Below are positions 1 through 13,027 of a DNA stretch of 62,723 nt, piece after piece. The notes under the pieces were generated by a model that saw only the letters and a list, made by a program, of their open reading frames with translations, had not been told where the DNA came from and made no database searches. The first letter of the stretch is position 1; every line of letters begins with the position of its first letter. The DNA comes from Psammoneis japonica (lineage: Eukaryota): NCBI GenBank assembly GCA_008632985.1, contig QPGO01000188.1, forward strand, positions 62,001 to 124,723, given 5' to 3'. The position numbers and the translations under genes are program-made.

Positions 1-776
1 GTGGGCCAAGCAAGGTGTGGGTTGAACCGTTTGAGGTCAAATGAGATTTTGCTTGAAACGTTTGAGGTCCAACAAGATTTGGCCAGGCTTGTTTCAAGTC
101 AAAAAATTTTTTTGCTCTGGGCCAAGCAAGGTGTGGGTCAAACCATTTGAGGTCAAATGAGAGCTGGCTGGGCATGTTGGGTGTCAAACTTGTTTTGAGC
201 ACTTGGAAAAACAAGGTTTGGGTTGAACCGTTTGAGGTCAAATGAGATTTTGCTTGAACCGTTTGAGGTCAAACGAGATTTGGAAAGGCTTGTTTCAAGT
301 CAAACTTGTTTTGAGCACCTGGCAAAACAAGGTGTGGGTTGAGCCGTTTGAGGTCAAATGAGATTTTGCTTGAACCGTTTGAGGTCAAACAAGACATGGC
401 CGGGCTTGTTTCAAGTCAAAAAAGGTTTTTTGCTCTGGGCCAAGCAAGGTGTGGGTCAAACTGTTTGAGGTCAAATGAGAGCTGGCTGGGCTTGTTTGAG
501 GTCAAAAGCATTTTCAGCACTTGGCAAAACAAGGTTTGGGTTGAGCGGTTTGAGGTCAAATGAGATTTTGCTTGAACCGTTTGAGGTCAAACTCATTTTG
601 AGCTCTTGGCAAAACAAGGTGTGGATTGATCCGTTTGAGGTCAAACAAGATTTTGCTTGAAATGTTTCAGGTCAAACAAGATTTGGTCAGGCTTGTTTTA
701 AGTCAAACACACTGTGAGCACTTGGCAAAACATGGTGTGGGTTGAACCATTTGAGGTCAAATGAGATTTTGCTTGA
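1..776. repeat. Complex tandem (satellite/subterminal) repeat with ~116/~86-bp subunits and a ~318-bp higher-order period; core motif CCGTTTGAGGTCAAA
   Basis: GCCAAGCAAGGTGTGG recurs at 5, 121 and 439; TTTGAGGTCAAA recurs many times; the array is truncated by the window start. Confidence 0.9.
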
Positions 777-2198
777 GCCAGCCATCAAATTGAGGATTCT
801 GCAACATCAGTTGCTCATGGTGACCAACGGATGTGGTTTGCGGTGTCTCTGATGCAAGGTCTGTTGCAGAAGGAGCATCCTCCGGTTGACAGTCCGATGA
901 AGTTCTACAACGGCAGGAAGATTGACTGCGCCAGAGATGCCAGTGCCACGACGGAAGATTTGTTGTGCAACAAGCTGACCTTGTGTGGATTGTCAAACAA
1001 GCACTGCGTGACTGTGTGCAATGGTTGGATTTTTGACTCCAATCATCCACATGCCATGTCTGTGACAAATCTTGATTGCTGGAGTTGGTGTTTGGGCAAC
1101 CGGCCGGAAGAAGCAGCCTGTGTGACCAATGATTTGTCAAAGAAAATTGTGCTGATGCACCAGCTTGATTTGCCCAAGTTCATCTGCAGAAGATTGAACA
1201 AGCGCAAGGTGATGGAGATCCAAATGTCATTTGCAATGCATGTTGGGTGTGATGCGTGTTTGTCTGCATTGCGCAGGCAGCAATTGAATTGCTGTTTCGC
1301 TGGGTCACCCGTCTTAGAACCAAATCTTGGCACAAGTCTCTGTGCTCTGAGTCAACGAGTCCCCAACAAATTGATCCATCCGGTGTTTTCCTGCAGAAGC
1401 CCACCAAAATGGCTTCAATCTGATTCATTTGCAACAAACGTCTGTTGGGTGACTCTTCGCTGGTGATGGTGGCAGCAAAATGACCCTTGCAACCAAATGT
1501 TTCCTTGTGCTCCAGCTGGACATGAAGCAGACGGTTGGGTTCCACAGCAGCTCCGGTCTTGCCCTCTTCTAAATGCACAAGAACTGTTGGTTCTTTGTGA
1601 CACCTCGATTGCGTCCTCTGCCGTGGGCATGTCGTGAGGCACCGAAGTGTCCTCTGCCGTTGCATCACCAGCAGAAGCAGGGTCAGTCTCCGCCAGAGGA
1701 GGAGAGACAGGGGAGTCGTCGGCCAACACAGGTGATGTAGCGGCCTTGAGTGACGACAGAGTGTCCCGCCAAGAGGATGCCGTTTTTGAATGGGCGCTGT
1801 TGGCAGGGGCCATGGTGAGTGACAATGAAAATAAAATTCACTGTCGATCCACCACGCAGGGGCAGCATGTGTCGGATCTCTGTGGCATGTGCCAAGGGAG
1901 ATCGCGATGCACGCAGAAGGTGTGCTGATGCCCATGCAAGCAGCCGCAAAAACAAACAGCAATGGCGTGAATCAGCACCCGAGATGCAGACGTCGTTGTC
2001 ATCGACAGAGCGGCAAAGTTTGCAATGCAAACACTCTCTGCCGGTGTCGTCGATGATGAAACGAGAGGAAAATGTGTTGTCGGCAGTGGCAGAGGAGCCT
2101 TGCTTGCACGTCTGTGTGAGCATTGCTCACAACCTGATGGAGATCCCTGTGTCCAAGCAGGAATGACACAATCCGCTAAGACTTTGTCATCTTTTCCA

Positions 2199-4715
2199 TC
2201 AACAAGAGAAAGAAGATGCTGCCATGTCTTGTGCATTGTGCAGATCTGGCATCACCCCTTTAATCCAAAACTCCAATGACAGTGCATCAGAGTCCACAGA
2301 GTTCTGCTTCTCACCAGTTGAAGCCACATGGTCCATTGCAGCAGTGACATTGAACCTGCTGTGCATGTTTTGAGCAAAATTTTTGCTGCATGAATGGAAT
2401 TCTCTTTTGGTCTGCTTCAGCACCTTTTTGTCTTCCCCTTCCCAACATGCTTGCACTGGTCCTTTGTCATGCATGTTGTCAGGAAATGACAACATGCTAA
2501 GAGCAGTGTGTCTTTCATGCCAGATTGGGGACAGATCTTTGCCATCTTTGCCACGGCTTTGTCACATTGGCAGATCTAAAGAGTCCATGTCATTGAGAAA
2601 TCGCGTGATGCAAAACCTGAGACATGGCTCCAAATCATCTGAGCTGAATCCTGCAAGTGTGTGCGCATGCATGTTTGAGGCAGAGTTGAGCATTTTAACA
2701 ATGTCCGACACCTGCAATTCAGCAGATGGTGGTGTGCCTGGAGGGTTTGTCACAGCCATGCAATCTGCAACACATTCACACAGCTCTTCAGTGTTGCCGT
2801 CCATTGGCAATCCACACATTTTCAGCCACTCCTTGTCAAACGGCATGGTCCAACTTGCTTGTTTGTCGACAGGCAGAAACACCACAGGTGGGCCATCCGG
2901 TGTTTCAAGCACTGAGTTGGCAAAGAATTTAAACAAGCGTCCAAACGCAATCCAATTTTTGTGTTTGAATCCAGCAAAACTGTCCTTTGTGAATGGACGT
3001 GCATTCAACCAAGGAAGTCTCAGTGTTTCACAACAGCGTTGCACCTGGTTCATCAGCAAGGACTCTGCAATCCGCTCCCATTGCCCGCATGAGCAACAAG
3101 CCAAACCTTTCTCCATCAAATGCATCACAGCCTTTGCGGTGTTGCTGAGACCATGCATTGGTGCCTCCTGCCACTGGTCAGGAGGTGTCCTGCCAAACCA
3201 AATGTGAGGCATTTGATGCATGCAGCATTTCTTAGGATGATGTTCACGATCAAGCAAAAGCACTTCTGACAATTCTGGATTTTGACTGGGTTCGTCTTGC
3301 AACACTTTCAACAGATTGCAGTTGTTGGCATTTTCCAAAATGCCAGAAACAACTTGTGTGTTCACACTGCAATGATCACCCAGATGAGCTTTGCCTTCTG
3401 CTGTGGTCCAATGGCTCTGACAGACATTTGTGCGCATTTTAATTGCAGCAGTTTGGAGCAATTTGCAGGTCCATTTGAAAGGAGGGAGAGCCGATTTACC
3501 ACCAAGTTCACTGAGTGGAAAGTTGGCAGGAGGGGAGGCATGCAGCAACGGATTGGAAGCATCAACAAACCAGTTGGCGCACAACCCAAATGGACATGTC
3601 AAGTCTGCAACCGTTTGAAAACCAGCGACAAGGGTTTCTTCAATGCATTTGCGACAGTGGATGCAAGACACAAGATGACAACCAACTTTCTTGATGTTCA
3701 CAACATGGCTGAACAATGCATGATTGGTTTTTATGCCAAGTTTCATCCCAGCAATGGTGCATTTTTCCAGTTGGTCTCCAGATTGCAACCAGACATCTGC
3801 AATGGGTTTCATCAATTTGCCAGTGCTGCCAACAAACATGGGTGGCACCTGCTCAGATTGGAGAAGGCAAATTTTCCTTTCAACCTCAGACACAACCATG
3901 TCATGATTTGCACCTTTGGGCCCAAGTGCAACAAGAAAGCAGTTGTTGAACTCACCAATGTTGGCTGCAGTCACACTTGAGTCATCAGGGAACAAAGGTC
4001 CATGATGTGGTTGGCAAAGAATCCCAATGTGGCAAGCCCAAGTGCCATTGACATTGGATGCAATGAGGCTTGTGGCAGGGTTAAAATCATCAGAAAAGGT
4101 TTCAAAGGCTGTGACAAGCAATGGATGATCAGTGTGCTCATCATCGCTCCAAATTGAAATGGAAGTGTCGCAAATTTCCTTGACCCAACAACACTGTCTT
4201 GCATGGAAAACCAGTTGATTTTTTTGAAACAAACCATTTTCGTCAGCGGCTTCACACAGATTTTCCAGGCCGGTTCCGAGTGCTAAAAAGTTGCACAACA
4301 AGTCAATCACACTGCAGTGGGAGTGTGTGTTTTTGCCAGAGCTGAATGTTTGCATTGGTGCCAAGGGCACCATCTTCTCAAGCAAGTGCAATCCTTCAAA
4401 ACACATGTTGCAAACATGTGTGGGTGTTGTGGGCAGAACAAACCAAAAGTGATCCAGACTCTCGTTTCTTTCCCCCACCAGCGTGGTGGGTTCCAACTGT
4501 CTGAACAAGTCCAGCAACATGTGCTGCTGTGGCTCAGACAGGGACAACATCAACTTGCCCAGCAACAAGTGAATGTCAGCATCCTCGTCTGACACTTTTT
4601 CTGCAAATTGTGTGTTGTCAAACAAATTCTTGGCAAGCAGGTGACGCTCTTTGCTGCCCAGTTGTTGGCAGCAAAAAAAGGATCGGAACAAGTGCGTCAA
4701 ATGGAGAGCAACCAA
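2199..4715 (-). mobile_element. Degenerate DNA-transposase-like ORF (CACTA/Plavaka-like DDE family) with a SAP-like motif
   Basis: Motif order FSDDFNP ... SGDQLEK ... EAPMHGL, then GPVQACWEG in the next frame (2199-2495), resembles the D..D..DxMH..GPxxxW.E pattern. KEWLKMCGLPMDGNTEEL is SAP-like. The 717-aa ORF contains no Tyr. Family assignment is from memory of motifs only. Confidence 0.5.
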
Positions 4716-7700
4716 TCAGTGATTTCAACGTTGGATGGATTGGCCAAATCTGTGGAAACAGCTGGAGGGGTGGCAAACTGGTCGGCTTCTTCCAACATGT
4801 TGGTCAAATGCAGGTCAGCACCGAAAAGGTTTGCAGACATGACAGAATCATCTGCTGCAAAAGTGGTGACATCATTGTCAGGGACTGCCGCAGAATGAGA
4901 ATCTGCATCATTGGTGGGGGGCGAGGCAGAGGGAGCAACGCGTTTTTTGCACTGGTGGATTTGTGTGTCATGGCAGCTGGCTTCCGCAAAACTGAGAATG
5001 CAGTCTTTGCATTGAGGACAGTCTTTGCAAACAACCCAGCTGGCGCTGCAGGGAGGGCGCTGGAGGGTCACCGCCCATTTGCACGGGCACTTGTCAAATG
5101 AGATTTGAAGAGCAATTCGACGGCAATGAGGGCATTCAAGCAAATTGGTTGGACAACTGCCACACAAACCACGGGAGAGCGACACAGGGTCCACAGATTG
5201 AAAGGACATGTCTTGCTGACAACAGCCAATGATGAGTGTGTGTTGACAAAAAGGGCAGAGGCTGCTCAGGCCACCATGAGCACAGTGGCGATGATGTGAG
5301 AAGGACATGTCATTGGTGATGTGGACATCTGTGACTGCCGGTGTGAGCGGCGACATCACATGAGGAACTTGGGGCAAGAAGAACAATGATGACGAAACAC
5401 TGTCAAGTGGAAAAATTGTGCTGACATGGTGGGAAAGGAGGCGCAGCTGTGAGGTGACATGTTGGGGGGGGGCAGAAATTGAGCTCACCCAACATGCAGA
5501 GCACCCCCCAACATGCAGACACCCAGGATGGCACATCTTGGGGGAGAAAACCACTCCCCCATCATGCCAGAGCATTTCTGACCAAAATGCCCCCCAACAT
5601 TTGGCAGGTTGGGTTGTTCTCGTTTCCTGTGTGGCAACAATTTGTCAACTGCAAAGGACGAAAATGTTTTTGCTGCAAAGCTCCGATCAATCCCATGAGA
5701 AGAGCACTGCTCACTTTGAAACAGCGACACAGTTTCCCCATGAGAGCACCTGCCCTCTTTTCCTGAAAATCAACAAATCATGTGTTTTGTCCAATTGTTT
5801 GCAGAAATTCAAGCTCTCAGTGCAATTTGCACAATGTGCTGCACTTGATGCTTGTCAACAAACAAACAAATTTTGCTTTGCCAGCTTGTGAAGTTTGTCA
5901 ATGAATGCTGCTTTGCCACTGGCCTTTCTTCATTTGCTGCATGCTTTGTTCCCTTGCCAGACTGGTGTGGCCCCTGGATCATCCTCGTCATTGTGCCCAT
6001 CACTGCCGCAGCTGCTGCAGGTTGCAATCCATTGTTGGCTTGTGCTGCAGCAATTGTGCTGCACAGCTGGTTGTGCCAGAGATGCCCGCCATTGCATTTG
6101 TTCAAACATCTCTTTTCAACATGGAATGTGGAACACTCTCGCCAATGCTTGTGATCTTTTGGCTGCCACAACTGACAAAATTGACCAAAATTAGGATCAA
6201 ATGCTTGGCCAATGAATCTGCTGCTGTTTGTGTTGTTTGCTGGTTGTTTGGCAATCAAGTGTCCAACCCAAGCAGTGCTTGCAACTGCAGTTTTGGATTT
6301 TTGTGTTCTAAATCCTTTGTTGACATGCACACCGATGTCAACCAAAGCATGCACACAAACATTTGCACCTGAAAAAGTCATCATTTTTGGAGCAAACCAC
6401 TTGCGCCCATCCTTCCCCCCACATCCCTCCATGTCATTTCCTCCATGGGTCACCCCAGTCAATTTCCAGCCCAGCTCTTCAAGCGCATCTTCCTCCAAAT
6501 GGGCCAGGACAAAATGTTTGCACCACTCATTGCAAGAACAGTCTGTCATTTAATCAAACGCACTTGTCACCTCACAAACACAACTCACAAATCTCTCCAC
6601 ATGTTTGCGATGCAGTTTCTCTTTCTTCCGCATGTGCTCATGTCTGCAACGGAATCTCTCTCCTTTCTTGTCTTCACATTCTCATGCTCGCAATTGTGAC
6701 TTGGACCTCTTTGCTTGATCAACTCCAACATCCAACCATTGACCTTCTGCGGGGTCAAATTGCAGAACACCATCCCGCCACACATCCGAACACCTGACAG
6801 GGTGCTGCAAACTGCTGCTTCTTGGTGGAAAAACAAAACCAGCTTCCCAGCATTGAATGCACTGCTTTTTTTGTCCATGGCAAGTGTGCACACACCTGCT
6901 GACATGGAATGGAAGCCAAGCACTCCACACACTCCATTCCTGTCCATTCCATGGGTGGGCAAGCCGGTGCTTGACATCCTTTTCAACTCATGAACGTCTC
7001 TCTTGTCCAAAGCCAATCACGTGTTGCCCCCCCTTGATCCAGCACAGCTCTCATCTGCAGCTTTCACATCTTCAATGGGGTGGTTGAAATGATGCCATTG
7101 ATGCAATGCATGTTGCCTGGCCTGTCCTGGTGGGTTGAAACAAATTCCCAATGCTGCCTGCACTTGTGTGCCTCCCTCACTTGTTCAATGATCTCATCCA
7201 GCCAGCAAATTGCACCAGCATTGGAGAACATGGGTGTGGCAGAGCACATGCACTCAACTGCTTCATCACTCAATTGCTGCATTTCTTCCTGCACTTTGCT
7301 CATCAACCAGAATTTTGTCCATCTGCCAATCCTTCCAGATTCTGTGGAGACTGTTGTTTTCACATCACCAGGTGCCACTTTGGTGCAGGCCAACACTGCC
7401 TGTTTGGTGACAGCTGCCAAGCCAAAAACAGCAACTCTGTTCCACTTTACAGCTGTCAGCAGTTGGACATTGAAACTTCATTGGTCAATGCACCTCAGCG
7501 CCCTGCATGGACCGACAAAGTTGCAAGACTCAACAGCTTGTGGCCAAGGAGGAGACAGTGCCACCAGCCCACAGTTGGTCATTGTCAGATGGAAAAATCT
7601 CCCTGAGCAAAATTTTTGCAAAGACTTTGAATTTGTTGAAGACAACCACACAACTGTGCAAGCATTTTTGATGGAAAAATTTGCTTGTGTTGCCCACCAA

Positions 7701-9913
7701 AAATTGATCTGTTCAAAAGACACTCAAGACTCAATTTAGAAGGTGCAAGGTGGCCCATTTGACTCAGCATGAAATTTTTCCTGCCGGCAGAAATGATCTT
7801 GTGCAAACTTTTTTGATGAGTGGGGAAAAAAGTTGGCAGCTGTCACCAAATGGACAGTGCAGCATTTGTGGCAAAGTCCAAGGCAAAAGCAGAGCCATGT
7901 GTGGCCACAACAAATGTGTCAGATTGAACAGCCATGCTTGTTCTTCCAACTGATGCATCTCATGCACAGAATGAAGCAGATTGTTTGGAGTCACTCTGTT
8001 GCCATGCAGCCACAAATTCAAACCACAAGGCATCTGGAGAGAAGGCCAAGGCAAAAGTGGAGCATCACAAGGCTGACAAAAATGTGGCAGATTGAGTGGT
8101 CATGCTCACTCTCTCCTTTGACCCATCTCATGTGCAGAGCACAGCATGTCATGTGCTCCTTCTTGTGTTGCATGGTCACAAATGCAAGCCACAAGGGCTC
8201 TGGAACATGAGCAACATTGATGTGGCTAAAACTCAATGGCAAAGTTTGTTCTTTCCTTGCTCTGCCACAAGGGGCCACTTTGTGTTGATGTGTCAGTGCG
8301 TTGGTCATTCTCGTTGGTTGTCATGGGAGCAAATGCACACACCCCTGACTGCAGCCACCGCACATTGCCACACTCCATTCATTTTTGTTCCCCTCCCCTG
8401 AGCCCTTTCAGGCATTTCTTCCCCAAAATTGCCCTCATTCCCCAGTTTCCCAAAAAGGGTGAGGCAACCCCCCCCTTGCCCTGGCCATTTTCTTGGGGGA
8501 TGGCCTGCACACTTTGTTTTCCTTCCTGGTGGAAGCACACTTTTTTGAAACATTCCATCACAGCCTTTGACCATTGCTCAACTTTTTTAGACGCGTGTCA
8601 AAGAAAATGCATTTTTGAGCACAAAGACTGGATCTTCTCACAATTTGCATCTTTGGAGTGTCCCACCATCTCCTCCTGTCACATCCTGTCATCCTCTGCA
8701 CTGCATGGTGCAGCCTCAAGAAGGATCTGTGCCATCCACAAATGTCATTGTGTCCTGACGCAACCAAGGAGCTTGCTGTCTGGCCGCCAGCTGCCACACC
8801 ATGAACCACACCAAGTGTTTTCTTGTCAAGCAGCATTGACTCTGGTCCCATTGTGACAACTTTGGTGTGTTCAAGGTGTGGAGCTGGCTGATCAATTTGC
8901 CAATCATCTTGCCAAACTTTTGGCTGAAAAACTGGTTGAAGGTGTGTGGATGGCAGATTGCTTGGAGCTGTGCATCTTTCATTTGTCACATGTTGTGGCT
9001 TGGTCAAGATGCAGGATCTCTGCTCTGAACTTGCTCAGTTGTGCGAGCTTTCTCATTTGCAACTTCTGGGCTGATTGCCAAAATTTGTGAATGAGAGAAA
9101 GAGAGTCATTTTGTCTGTCCAGCAACCCAATTGTTTGTCTGTGTTTGTGCCTCCATCCATCGGAGCTGTCATTCAAATTTCTTTCAGCACCATGTTTCAG
9201 CTCATTGCTGTGGAGCCGTTGCATGAGCTGTGTGTTGGAGCTTTTGTCATTTGTTTCAACAGTGCTTTTGGTTGATTGTTGTGTTGGTTGTCAACCCTGA
9301 AGCTTGTGCTGATGTTCAGCACAAGCTTGCTGGAAAATGGCCAATCACAACATTCAGCAGATTCTGACTGGATGGCTTGCAGTTTGGTCTCCAGTGGTTT
9401 TGTGAAGAACTTTTGACTGAATGCTCATCACCACTCATTGGCAGAGACCCTCCACCTGCTTCCCCTCTCTGAGGCTTTGGTCTGGACCAGACATCCAGCA
9501 GCCAGTGCACCAGCAAGACACTCGGAGCTCAGCTGACATGCGAGCTTCGACTGCAATGATTCAGGTGAATTGCACACATTGTCTCAGACTTCTCTTTCCA
9601 CCTTTTTGGATCAGTGGAGTGACAAGGCACCAAGAATTCAAAATTGTTGGTGTCTTCTGTCATCTGGCTGAGAAAGAAATTCACATGTTTCATTGCACAA
9701 CACATGACCTAGCTAGGACGAAAAATCTGCAATTTATTAGAAATTGCTTCGTTGGATGCCAAGTTGTGTGATTGCACCTCTAGTGGCATGCCATTGAGAG
9801 CAACAGCGATTGAAGAAGTAACACACTGACTGTCACCAACGCCTACAAGTCGATGTGTGCACATAACATGACAACACTGCAAACCTTATATAAATTGTCT
9901 GTCATTCAATTTA

Positions 9914-11384
9914 TTACTTGAAGACCTTGGAATCCTGAATAGGCTTCCCTTCGAGTTCGTTCTCCGAACACCAATACGCCGCGACCTTGGCCTTGACTTG
10001 GTCCGTGGGAGACAATCCCTTTCCCGCTAATTTTCTCCACGTGTACCAATTGGCATCGTCATTCGCATTTAGCATGTGTTCAACACTATCACCTCGCAAC
10101 AACCACACACCCGAGATTTCCAATCCCGCCTCTTCGGTTCCCAAAACATCCATTACACCAAACGCCCATTTTCTAATTTCGCCCGTGCGCTGTTGAAACC
10201 CTCCCACGGCGTTGCTCGTCATGAATATCCTCTTGTTATCCTCATTGTGCTTGTATTCCTGTAGCCACAGCGACCAGCCCTCTTGATCAAACTCGTTCCA
10301 AAATGTGTCCATTGCTTCCGCGTAGGTTTTGCAATTCGAATACGTCCGTTTCCATGCATCCATTGAAAATTTGGAGGGTGCATCCTTATCCATTATTTTG
10401 TAGGGGTGCTCAATCTTATTTTTTGGAACCGCCGCTGGTGTCTTTGGGGCAGCTTTTTCCTTTCCACCCTTCTTCTTATCTTTGTTGTCTTTTGGTTGTT
10501 GCTTTTTCTTTTGAGGAGCAGCCGCCGCCGCCGGTGGTGCTTCCTGTCCAGCTGCTAAAAGTTCCTTTTTGCACATTTGAACAGATCCAACGACAGCCGC
10601 AAATTCAGGTTGATTTACACAGGTCTGGAACCAACGGACGGTGTTTTCGTGCGTTTTGAGAAAGCCCTTGTCGGCAACTAGCTTCATGACATACAACAGA
10701 GCAGAGGCCACCGTAATGTCAGCAAGAGTAATCTGATCTCCGACAAGGTACGTATTGTTTGTCAAGTGGCAATCGAGGACGGAAAGAGCTCTGCTCATGT
10801 CAGCCTTGGCCTTTTCGTATCTGATGTGTAGAGAATCATACAAAAAATGTGAGAAGAATTGGGCCATGCCGTCAGGATGAGATTGCATGTATTTGGGCGG
10901 AGCAAAATGCGATAAATGGGTGACACTTCAAGCGAAGCAGCCCTTTAGAGTCACTCGAGCCCGGCGATTCAAACACAAGATGTTTCGCAGTACCCCTCTG
11001 ATAGCACTGACATTGCAAAACTCACGCTTCTTTAGAGTAAGGCATGTAACCCAGGATGGGATAAGTCCACACACACGCCGGTAGCTCAATTTCCATGGAA
11101 CAGAAATCCATCCACGAGTCGACCAGTGCTTGCTCTTGAAGATTTTGTCCCTGAAGCCCCGTGTCTCGACGAATTCCAGCAATGAATCGAGCAATCGCAT
11201 GACTGGAAAACAATATTTCTCCCGAAGGCAGCTCGAGAAGAGGAGCTTTTCCGGTAGGAGACAGTTTCGAAACAACCTGGGTATCGAATTCAGGAACCTC
11301 TACAGAGATGCCATTGTATTCGGCCGCAATCAGAGCTGGAAAGGCACGGAATGAACCGGCGGGAACGTGCAATTTGTACGCCAT
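9914..11384 (-). CDS. EEF1G: Translation elongation factor 1B gamma (GST-N, GST-C and EF1G domains); exons 11384-11026 and 10820-9914
   Basis: GST-like N-terminus SPTGKAPLLE; TYLVGDQITLADI; C-terminal EF1G domain FSMDAWKRTYSN...FMTSNAVGGFQQR...KVFK. The GT-AG intron joins in frame (421 aa). Confidence 0.95.
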
Positions 11385-11788
11385 GGTTGTTGTGTTCGCA
11401 TAAAAAATCTTTTGACACTTAATATTTGTGAGCGCGCGCGAAGAAACGTTGTTGATTCTACGCGCCGTACATTTCCTACATAAATCTACGAAGAATCCTT
11501 GTTCCAACGCGCGCTGACCTACTGATGGCCGTTCAATCTTTGATCATGCTAGATTCTCATGAAACAGATTCCACATTCCTATCATTATTTCAGTCGATTG
11601 ATTCATTCAAAGATCGATCGTGGAACCCATAACCCAGCAAGATGAAGTTCAAAGATACCGAAAAACAACGAGAAAGCAAACGTGGCGTCAGTCCAGTGGG
11701 TCGTAGTACACTTTGTACGTCAGTCACCATCAAATCGCATTCTTGTTGCAATCACCAAGCACACTTGAAGCCGTTCCTATCGACCAAG

Positions 11789-12541
11789 ATGAAGCTCGCC
11801 GTCCTTGCTGTCCTCGCATCGTAAGTCGAGTCGTATTGTTGTCCTTACTCTATGCGAGTGAATTATGTGCTGAAACAGAGTGGTTTGAGCATGGCGTCGA
11901 GAGAAATCAGATCAATCACCGCCATGGTCCGCGACGATACCGTGTTTGTTTCTGATTGGCTGACACAGCGCCTGAATACGATTGCCCGTTCGGATTCTCA
12001 CGTCGATTTTCTTCGTTTTTCCTCTTTTTCGCTGTCAGCACCGCCGCCGCGTTTGTGGCCCCCAACACTGCCCAGCAGCGTGCTTCGGTCGCCATGCAAG
12101 CGGAACGCCGTGACTTTTTGTCTGCCGCTGCTACCGCTGCTGGATTGGCTGCCTTTGCTCCCGCAGCCAACGCCATTCGGGATTACGAGAACTTGGGATA
12201 CTTGGGTGGTGGAGAAGTTGTCGATATCAACAATGCCAATGTTCGTGTCTACCTCAAGATGCCCGGTATGTACCCCAGTGCTGCCGGGAAGATCGCCGCC
12301 AACGGACCGTACAAGTCGGTGGGAGACATTTACAACATCCCCGGACTCACCTCCAAGGAAAAGGATGTCATGAAGAAATACGAGTCTCGCTTCACTGTCA
12401 AGGAACCGTCTGCCGACTACGTCATTGACCGTATCAACAATGGACTGTAAGTTGTTTTTTGGGAAATCGTGTGGAAGATTCACTCCATCCAACATCTTGC
12501 TAATTCACATCGCTTTCTCTCTTTGTTGCAGTTACCGTTAA
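11789..12541 (+). CDS. psbU: Photosystem II 12-kDa extrinsic protein PsbU, plastid/lumen-targeted; exons 11789-11820, 12039-12446 and 12532-12541
   Basis: MKLAVLAVLASTAAAFVAP bipartite signal; Tat-like RRDFLS...ANA; VDINNANVRVYLKMPGMYP; the spliced C-terminus reads DRINNGLYR*. Confidence 0.95.
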
Positions 12542-12685
12542 GCAAACCTGAACTTTCAAGACCAGAACACGCTGGTGGTAAGGCTAGTGTTCGTGTTTTG
12601 AAGCGAAAGGATGCGATTGTTCGATACTTGATTCATGTCATGGTTAGTAGTAGAAGTCCCTTTGGGATGTTATAGATACGACATT

Positions 12686-13027
12686 GTCATTGATCACTAT
12701 TATTTATGTCTTGTAACATAAGCTCTAGCGTTTTGATTGACATGGCTCTTTGCGAATTCCTTGGCCTTCTCTTCCTGTCGTGGGACTTCCGACGATCAAG
12801 AATCAGGTAGCCGTAGCTACATGGACGCGGAAGAAACTCACCATCTACCTCGAGTCAAATGCTATACTGTAGATGTCATTGATCACTATTTGTCTCTTAC
12901 GAGTATAAGCTCTAGCGTTTTGATTGACACATCTCTTTGGGAACTCCTTGGTCTTCCTCCCGTCTAGCTCCCTACTATCAAGAAACCGGTAGCCCTAGCT
13001 ACATGGACGCAGAAGAGAATCACCATC
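12686..13027. repeat. Short intergenic tandem duplication (2 x ~165 bp, period ~190 bp)
   Basis: GTCATTGATCACTATT...ATAAGCTCTAGCGTTTTGATTGACA...TAGCTACATGGACGC...CACCATC occurs at ~12686 and ~12875. Confidence 0.85.

Larger units (their letters stand above)
1..9700. other. TpA-depleted (hypermutated) repeat/TE domain A
   Basis: Only a few dozen TA dinucleotides in 9.7 kb, with excess TG/CA; ORFs are almost Tyr-free and Cys/His-rich; normal TA frequency resumes at ~9709 (CCTAGCTAGG). Confidence 0.9.
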
